Below, piece after piece: positions 57,883 through 64,000 of a stretch of DNA of 64,000 nt. Position numbers and translations under genes: made by a program. Under the pieces are notes generated by a model. It saw only the letters and a list, made by a program, of their open reading frames with translations, made no database searches and was not told the origin of the DNA. Every line of letters begins with the position of its first letter. Position 1 is the first letter of the stretch. The stretch covers positions 768,001-832,000 of the forward strand of contig OZ220089.1 of assembly GCA_964291625.2 (NCBI GenBank), written 5' to 3'. This DNA is from Candidatus Latescibacterota bacterium. Its GTDB lineage: Bacteria; Latescibacterota; UBA2968; UBA8231.

Positions 57883-57965
57883 TTGTCTGGTGACCGTCAG
57901 GGCCGGCAGGGCATGGGAAACAGACGGCTTTGGGTTGATTCGCTGTCAAGGCGCCGGGAGATGAC

Positions 57966-60005
57966 ATGAACGGACGGAGCCGGCCGGTATCGAAGCCGGA
58001 ATTCGAGGTGAGACTGGACCGCCGGATGCGCATGCCGATGAGCGACGGGGTCGAGCTGGCGGCCGTGGTCGCCCGGCCCGACGCGCCCGGGGAGTTCCCG
58101 GCGATCATCGCCTACAACCCCTACCGCCGGTTGCCCGGTATCGAAGCCGGCGTCTCCGAGAGCGGCTACGACCACCGCCGCCACGGACCCGCCTGGTTCG
58201 CCCGCCGCGGCTACGCCGTCGTCTCCTTCGACGCCCGCGGCACCGGGAACTCGGGGGGATCGACCGCCGACATCTACTCGGAGCGGGAACGGCGGGACGG
58301 GTACGAGGCGGTGGAGTGGGTCGCGGCCCAGCCCTGGTGCAGCGGCGCCGTGGGCATGTGGGGCATGTCCTTCGGCGGCGTCGTGCAGTGGCAGGTGGCG
58401 GCCCAGAGGCCGCCCCATCTCAGGACCCTGGTGATGGGCTCCTCGAACACCGACGTCTACCTCGACTGGACCCACCCCGGCGGCTCGATCCGCCCCTACA
58501 TGTTCGACAGCTACTCGCCGTTGATGACGGCCTACAACTTCGCTCCCCCCGACGTGGAGATCGCCGGGCCCCTGTGGGAGGAGCTGTGGCGGGAGCGCCT
58601 GGAGAGCAACGTCCCCTGGGGCCTCGGGTACATCACCCATCCGCTGCAGGGACCCTACTGGAGGGAGCGTTCCCTGGAGCCGGACTACGGCCGCATCGAG
58701 GTGCCGGTGCTGTTCTGGTGCGGCTGGTCCGATCCCTACCCCAGCCCGATCCTGCGCGCCTTCTCCAGGCTCGACGTCCCGAAGAAGATCCTGCTCGGGC
58801 CGTGGGGCCACTACTGGCCCGAAGAGGCCCTGCCCGGTCCCCGGATCGACTTCCGCCACGAGATGCTGAAGTGGTACGACCGCTGGCTGAAGGGGGGGGA
58901 GACCGGCGTGATGGATGAGCCCGCGGTCTCCCTCTTCGTGCGCAAGTACAAGGAGCCGGCGGCGCACATGCACCTCGAGGACGCCGGGTTCTGGAGATCG
59001 GAGAAGGAGTGGCCCCCGGCGCGAAACCGGGATACGCCCTTCTACTTGCAGCCCGGGGGAGAGCTCGGCCGCGAGGCTCCGGACCGCGGGGATTCCGCGA
59101 GGGAGTTCACCTACAACCCCGCTGTCGGCATCACCGCCGGCATCTACTGGGGCGGCGGGATCATGCCCTGGGCCATGCCGGTCGACCAGCGGCTCGACGA
59201 GGCCCTGTCATTGACCTGGACCACCCCGCCGCTGGAGGGGGATCTGGAGGTCACCGGCAATCCGGTGGCCGTGCTCCACGTCAGCTCCAGCGCGCAGACC
59301 GCCTACTTCCACGTGAAGCTGACCGACGTCGCCCCGGACGGCACCTCGAAGTGGCTGACCGACGGCGGCCTGCTCGGGACCCACCGCCGTTCCCACTCGA
59401 GTCCCGAGCCGATGGAGCCGGCAAAAGTCTACGAGCTGCCCATCGAGATGAAGTACGTCTCCTACCTCTTCGAGAAGGGCCACCGCATCCGCCTGAGCGT
59501 GGCCGGAGCCGACTTCCAGAACGCCTGGCCCACCCCGCTGGCGGCGGTCAACAGCGTTCACTGCGGCCGGGACCGCCCGTCCAGGGTCGTGCTGCCGGTG
59601 ACGCCGGCGCCAGGCCGGTCACTGCCGGAGCCTGCCTTCGAGCCCTCGCCGCGGACCCCGGCGGCGATGGAGGACCTGCCCCCCAGCCGGCACGAGATCA
59701 CCCACGATCACGTGGCCGGCACGGTGACCGCCGAACTGGCGAGGGACAGCACCGGGAGCGCGGTGGCCGGGCGGGCGTGGTCGAGGTACACCGTGTCGCC
59801 GAAGAACCCGGCCGAGACGGTGCTGAAAGCCGGGTACGTGTACGAGCCGCCCCATCCGCAGAAGAGGATCGTCGTCGAGGCGAAGGAGGTCCTGCGAAGC
59901 GACGCGGAGTCCTACCACTTCTCGGCGGAGGTGGAGATAACCGTCGACGGAAAGCGCTACTTCGACAAGAGCTGGAGCGTCACCGTGCCCAGGGAGCTGG
60001 GGTGA
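57966..60005 (+). CDS. CocE/NonD family hydrolase
   Basis: MSDGVELAA, DARGTGNSGG, GMSFGG, GWSD, GPWGH, FEKGHRIRL. Confidence 0.95.
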   Translation: MNGRSRPVSKPEFEVRLDRRMRMPMSDGVELAAVVARPDAPGEFPAIIAYNPYRRLPGIEAGVSESGYDHRRHGPAWFARRGYAVVSFDARGTGNSGGSTADIYSERERRDGYEAVEWVAAQPWCSGAVGMWGMSFGGVVQWQVAAQRPPHLRTLVMGSSNTDVYLDWTHPGGSIRPYMFDSYSPLMTAYNFAPPDVEIAGPLWEELWRERLESNVPWGLGYITHPLQGPYWRERSLEPDYGRIEVPVLFWCGWSDPYPSPILRAFSRLDVPKKILLGPWGHYWPEEALPGPRIDFRHEMLKWYDRWLKGGETGVMDEPAVSLFVRKYKEPAAHMHLEDAGFWRSEKEWPPARNRDTPFYLQPGGELGREAPDRGDSAREFTYNPAVGITAGIYWGGGIMPWAMPVDQRLDEALSLTWTTPPLEGDLEVTGNPVAVLHVSSSAQTAYFHVKLTDVAPDGTSKWLTDGGLLGTHRRSHSSPEPMEPAKVYELPIEMKYVSYLFEKGHRIRLSVAGADFQNAWPTPLAAVNSVHCGRDRPSRVVLPVTPAPGRSLPEPAFEPSPRTPAAMEDLPPSRHEITHDHVAGTVTAELARDSTGSAVAGRAWSRYTVSPKNPAETVLKAGYVYEPPHPQKRIVVEAKEVLRSDAESYHFSAEVEITVDGKRYFDKSWSVTVPRELG

Positions 60006-60015
60006 GCAATCGCAC

Positions 60016-61155
60016 TCAGTAAAGGCCGGGGACGATCCGGTACTTCACCCGGGCCTGGTACTCGGCCCACTTCTCGGGGCCGTACTTCTCCGCGCAGTGC
60101 CTGTCGTCATCCCGCTGCCGGTAGGTGAACATGGAGACGACGAAGACGAGGTAGGTCCAGGCCCAGAGATTCGTGAAGTAGCCGAAGACCAGGGCGATCG
60201 ACAGGGCCAGGAACCCCTCGCCCATGTAGTTGAAGTGCCGGGCCACACCCCAGAGACCGCTGCACAGGATCCTGCGGTCTCCGGCCTCGATGTACGTCGG
60301 CTCGATGAGCCCGAGGAACTTGCGGTCGGGCCATCGCTTGAAGGTGTACTTCTGCAGGTTGGCGCCGCGCGAGATCCCCCACCCGAACAGAAACAGCGCC
60401 GCCGCCCCGATGAGCCACACCTTCGACCATACCGGCGAGAATCCGGGGTCGGGATACGCGGCCATGCCCCACAAGGGAAGGATGAACATCCAGCCGTAGA
60501 CCACGAGGCCGCCCCACCACAACTTGAAGCCCAAGCTCTCGTGGATCAGATCGTAGGTATAGAGCTGGACGCGCTCGAAGATGAAGTAGTCCAGCACGTA
60601 GAACGTGAAGAACGCCGCGTACAGGAAGACGCCCGGATTGGAGTTCTCGCCGAAGAGCTGGTAGTGGTACACGGCTCCGGACAGGGCGTTGAGGGACAAC
60701 ATCGTCCCGCCGACGACATAGAAGTACATCTTCACATCGAAGCGCTCGTTGAAGAGCTGCAGCTCCTGGGCCCGCCCGAACCACAGGGCCAGGAGCGGGT
60801 TCTTCACCCTGCCCTGGGGCTGGCTGAAGACCGAGATGATCGTGAAGATCGTGGTGAAGACCGTTCCGCCCGCCACCGCATAGATCGAGGACCGGTAGAA
60901 CCAGTCGCGCGGCATCCCGGTGAGCTCGAGGGCCCACACGATCAGGGCGACGGCAAAGACCAGAAGACCATTAAGCCGATAGGAGCGGGGTTCGCCGGTC
61001 TCCGGGTTGATGACATAGCCGGGGACCCGCCTTCCCGGCAGTATGAGCTGGGCCAGGAAGAACGCGGCGAAGATCACCAGCGGGGTGAAGAAACCCGCGA
61101 CCGCTTCCGTCGGCGAGAGCTCGAAGAGGTGGCCGATGCCGAGCCATTCAATCAT
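60016..61155 (-). CDS. ERG4/ERG24-family sterol reductase-like membrane protein
   Basis: YRLNG, TYDLIHESLGF, ANLQK..FK, SGLWGVARHFNYMGE, DDRHCAEKYG. Confidence 0.88.
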   Translation of the reverse strand: MIEWLGIGHLFELSPTEAVAGFFTPLVIFAAFFLAQLILPGRRVPGYVINPETGEPRSYRLNGLLVFAVALIVWALELTGMPRDWFYRSSIYAVAGGTVFTTIFTIISVFSQPQGRVKNPLLALWFGRAQELQLFNERFDVKMYFYVVGGTMLSLNALSGAVYHYQLFGENSNPGVFLYAAFFTFYVLDYFIFERVQLYTYDLIHESLGFKLWWGGLVVYGWMFILPLWGMAAYPDPGFSPVWSKVWLIGAAALFLFGWGISRGANLQKYTFKRWPDRKFLGLIEPTYIEAGDRRILCSGLWGVARHFNYMGEGFLALSIALVFGYFTNLWAWTYLVFVVSMFTYRQRDDDRHCAEKYGPEKWAEYQARVKYRIVPGLY

Positions 61156-61265
61156 GGTGGAGTATCCATCTTCGATGGGCTCCAGCAGCGGACTTACGGC
61201 CTCCGAGCGTTGCCGGGAAGTCGGTCACGCCGGGGCCTGCAGTCCAGCCATCGAACCCGGTTGTC

Positions 61266-61784
61266 TCAGCGCGCTTTCCAATTGGTGTGGAAGTCCAGCT
61301 CCTGAATCAGGTCGAATGTGGTTATGCACCGAACATCGAAATCGCGACTCACGTCAGGCAGCTTTCGGTTACCCCGGGTTCGGCTCGGCTTGGAATGTTC
61401 GGTAGTTACCACACACCTCCCTTGTATGTCCACGAGAGCATAGGCGACCAGGAACGGGTCCCTTCCGATTTTCTCGATTTCCTCATCGCTCAGGTCACTC
61501 GCATATCCCTCTTCGGTGATCTGAGCAACCAAATCCACAGAAGCCTCTTCATCCAGGACGATCAAATCTTCGTTAGTCCTTAACCACTCGACCAACGGAT
61601 CCGGCCGATCATCTGGCGGCAAGGGATAGATGACCTCTTCAAAGAACTCTTGAGGAATCTTGATCCGGCCGCGGGTGCCCATCTCCAACAACCATCCCCA
61701 GAACTCAGGAATCCTTTCCACAGGGTAGTAATCCCGATTGGCATCAATGAGCACATTGGCGTCCAAGAGGTAGAGCATGGGCAT
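61266..61784 (-). CDS. DUF4411-family PIN-like protein
   Basis: YLLDANVLI, FWGWL, DPFLVAYA, VVTTE, KLPDV. Confidence 0.85.
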   Translation of the reverse strand: MPMLYLLDANVLIDANRDYYPVERIPEFWGWLLEMGTRGRIKIPQEFFEEVIYPLPPDDRPDPLVEWLRTNEDLIVLDEEASVDLVAQITEEGYASDLSDEEIEKIGRDPFLVAYALVDIQGRCVVTTEHSKPSRTRGNRKLPDVSRDFDVRCITTFDLIQELDFHTNWKAR

Positions 61785-61787
61785 GCC

Positions 61788-62981
61788 CTACCGTGCACGA
61801 CCTGCGTCCAGCAGTGATTGTACCTGCCGGGGTTTGAGGCCCAGCATTTGCGCCGCCTTGGCAGTTGACAGAGCATCAGCCGCCATCATACGCTCCGCCA
61901 GCCCGATCATCCGATTGCCCAGGCGATGACGACGCACCCTGTAGTAGCTTGGCCCACTTTCCTGCTCACGTGCCTGCGCGCGGCGCCTTTCCCGCTCCCC
62001 ATGCCATGCTTGTCGGAATATGCCAGCCAACTGGTTGTAAGTCCTCTGAGAGATCAGATCACACCGATATACCTTGTAGGCAACCATAGCGCTGCTCACC
62101 TTGATCTGGGTCGCAAGCGCCGTGATTCGTTCTGAGATCTGGCGGACATCGCCGTGGCTATCGAGGACGAGCCCTTCCAGTTCTCGCTCAGGTAGCAGGA
62201 ACTCCCCGGCAACATCATTGCAGAACCGCTCTACCTCGTTTTCCACACTACTACCGCTGATCCCGGTATGACCGAGAAGGAGGTGCACGGTCTCATGCAA
62301 CAGGGTGAACGACCAGGCAGGTTGTGCATCCTGGTCGTTGACGACAATGAAAGGAGCCACTTCGTCCGCGATGGAGAATCCTCGAAAGACCGCCGTATCC
62401 AACGCCGTCCTGTAGTTGCCCAAATCCCCCTTGAGCAGGACAAATATCCCCGCATCCTCCGCCTTGCCGCGCAACAGGCCAAACGCGAGCGACGCGCTCG
62501 ACTGGGCGCGATAGTCGGTCGTATCAAGGCCCAGTAGCACCTGCAATGATTCCAAGACTGGCGCGCGGCCATCTTCCATCTGGTGAGAGCCAACGAAAGG
62601 CAACGTCTCCGCTTCATCTTCATCCTCCAGCATGGCGCGAACCATGCTCTGACGTGCCCTGATCTCCCTGATCAACGCATCCAACCGCGCCTCATCAGAG
62701 CTTCGATCGCTTCCTGTCAGCGTCCGGAAGTCCACCCCGCGCTTACCCATCTGCGGCGGTTTGGAGAGGTAGAACGTCAGCAACGGACGGCGGTACTGTC
62801 CGGCCATCTTTACCAACTGGGGGCGGGTGGGCTCCTTTCTGCCCTGCTCAATCCGGGCAAGCTTCTCTGCCGCGGTAGACCTGGGACTATCCTGGAAGCC
62901 CAGTTGCCTGGCCGCCTCCCCCTGAGTAAGGCCGGCGGTCTCCCGGGCCCAGATCATGATGGCAGGATTCACCTTGGGCAT
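61788..62981 (-). CDS. XRE-HTH plus ImmA/IrrE metallopeptidase
   Basis: N-terminal HTH (WARETAGLT..), FRGFS, HExxH (LHETVH), ERFCNDVAGEFLLP. Confidence 0.92.
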   Translation of the reverse strand: MPKVNPAIMIWARETAGLTQGEAARQLGFQDSPRSTAAEKLARIEQGRKEPTRPQLVKMAGQYRRPLLTFYLSKPPQMGKRGVDFRTLTGSDRSSDEARLDALIREIRARQSMVRAMLEDEDEAETLPFVGSHQMEDGRAPVLESLQVLLGLDTTDYRAQSSASLAFGLLRGKAEDAGIFVLLKGDLGNYRTALDTAVFRGFSIADEVAPFIVVNDQDAQPAWSFTLLHETVHLLLGHTGISGSSVENEVERFCNDVAGEFLLPERELEGLVLDSHGDVRQISERITALATQIKVSSAMVAYKVYRCDLISQRTYNQLAGIFRQAWHGERERRRAQAREQESGPSYYRVRRHRLGNRMIGLAERMMAADALSTAKAAQMLGLKPRQVQSLLDAGRAR

Positions 62982-63116
62982 CTCTACAGTCCTTGCTCTA
63001 TTCGACGGGCGTCGTCGGTTGCCCTCACGCTGCCTCCCCCAGTTCCAAGAAGCTATGCTACGTCGCGCACCGGTGCACCGCCCCTTTCAGCCGCCAATAG
63101 CGAATGGCGGCCCCCC

Positions 63117-64000
63117 TCAGTCCAGCACCCGGTCCTGCCCCGCCGAGGCCGCGTCCAGCCGCCCCCGCTCCTCCGGGGTGATCGACCAGCCCACGGCGCC
63201 GGCGTTCTCCTCCATGTGGGCCGCCGTGTCGCCGCCGGTGATGGCGGCCGTCACCTCGGGATGGGAGAGGACCCAGTTGATCGCCGTCTGGGCCAGGGTG
63301 CGGCCGTGGGCGTCGGCGATCTCCCGCAGGATCGTCAGCGTCCGGCGCGCGGCCTCGTTGAGGTGCTTCTCCAGGTTTCCGGCGCGGCCGCTGGCGTAGA
63401 GGGTGCCTTCCGGCGGCGGCTGCCCCGGGGTGTACACGCCCGAGAGCAGACCCACCCCGAGGGGGCTGTAGGTCATGACCCCGAAGCCCTGGTCGCGCTG
63501 CGCTGGCCACATCTCGCGCTCCAGGTCGCGGTTGAGGAGGTTGTAGGGGTTCTGGATGCAGAGCAGGGGATCGAGGCCGAGGCGGTCCTGGGTCCACAGC
63601 GCCTTGAGCACCTGCCAGGTCTGGAAGTTGGAGACGCCCATGTAACGGGTCTTGCCGGCGCGCACGACATCGTCGATGGCGCGTAGCGTCTCCTCGAGGG
63701 GCGTCCGGTCGTCATAGACGTGCAGGATGTAGATGTCGATGTGGTCGGTCTCGAGGCGGGCGAGGGTGCGGTCGATCTCGCGCAGGATGTGGTAGCGCGA
63801 CAGGCCGGCGTCGTTCGGTCCGTCGCCGATGCGGCTGGCCACCTTGGAGGTGACCACGAGGTCGTCGCGGTGACGCTTGAGGACCCGCGCCAGGACCTGC
63901 TCCGACGTGCCGCGGGTCTCGTACACGTCGCCGAAACCGTAGACGTTGGCGCAGTCGATGAAGTTGATCCCCAGCTCGACGGCGCGCTCGATGGCGCGCT
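63117..64000 (-). CDS. Aldo/keto reductase, 5'-truncated by window
   Basis: GINFIDCANVYG, TSKV, LARLETDHIDIYILH, GVSNF, YSPL. Confidence 0.95.
   Translation of the reverse strand, partial: RAIERAVELGINFIDCANVYGFGDVYETRGTSEQVLARVLKRHRDDLVVTSKVASRIGDGPNDAGLSRYHILREIDRTLARLETDHIDIYILHVYDDRTPLEETLRAIDDVVRAGKTRYMGVSNFQTWQVLKALWTQDRLGLDPLLCIQNPYNLLNRDLEREMWPAQRDQGFGVMTYSPLGVGLLSGVYTPGQPPPEGTLYASGRAGNLEKHLNEAARRTLTILREIADAHGRTLAQTAINWVLSHPEVTAAITGGDTAAHMEENAGAVGWSITPEERGRLDAASAGQDRVLD

Overview
High-GC bacterial chromosomal window. The lineage is probably FCB-superphylum, Latescibacterota-like; this is inferred from the N-P-F-N FlgD/T9SS-like C-terminal tails, FG-GAP/ASPIC proteins, PhyH dioxygenases and internalin-like LRRs, and a host- or sponge-associated lifestyle is plausible but unproven. 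Most of the window is catabolic and envelope genes: glycoside hydrolases, a sulfatase-like enzyme, esterases, TonB-dependent receptors and transporters. It also holds one complete IS3-family element that splits a TonB receptor gene and several decayed genes. The most striking structure is at about 8.9-23.9 kb. An HTH-WYL-WCX regulator is followed by a row of small genes, mostly lipoproteins. Several of them are preceded by the same element, TGCGAC-N7-GTCGCA (DriD-box-like), whose downstream half reads TGYCGC-N10-(T/C)A-NNN-T, the geometry of PafBC-activated promoters. One of these leaders has an anti-Shine-Dalgarno hairpin that would form only in read-through transcripts. Upstream lie a VIT-VWA secreted protein and a tandem array of internalin-like LRR genes. 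Several enzymes have non-canonical catalytic motifs: a Thr-type sulfatase, an HGG PhyH, an MC-type GH32 and an apparently dead acetylxylan esterase paralogue. No tRNA, rRNA or CRISPR array was seen.
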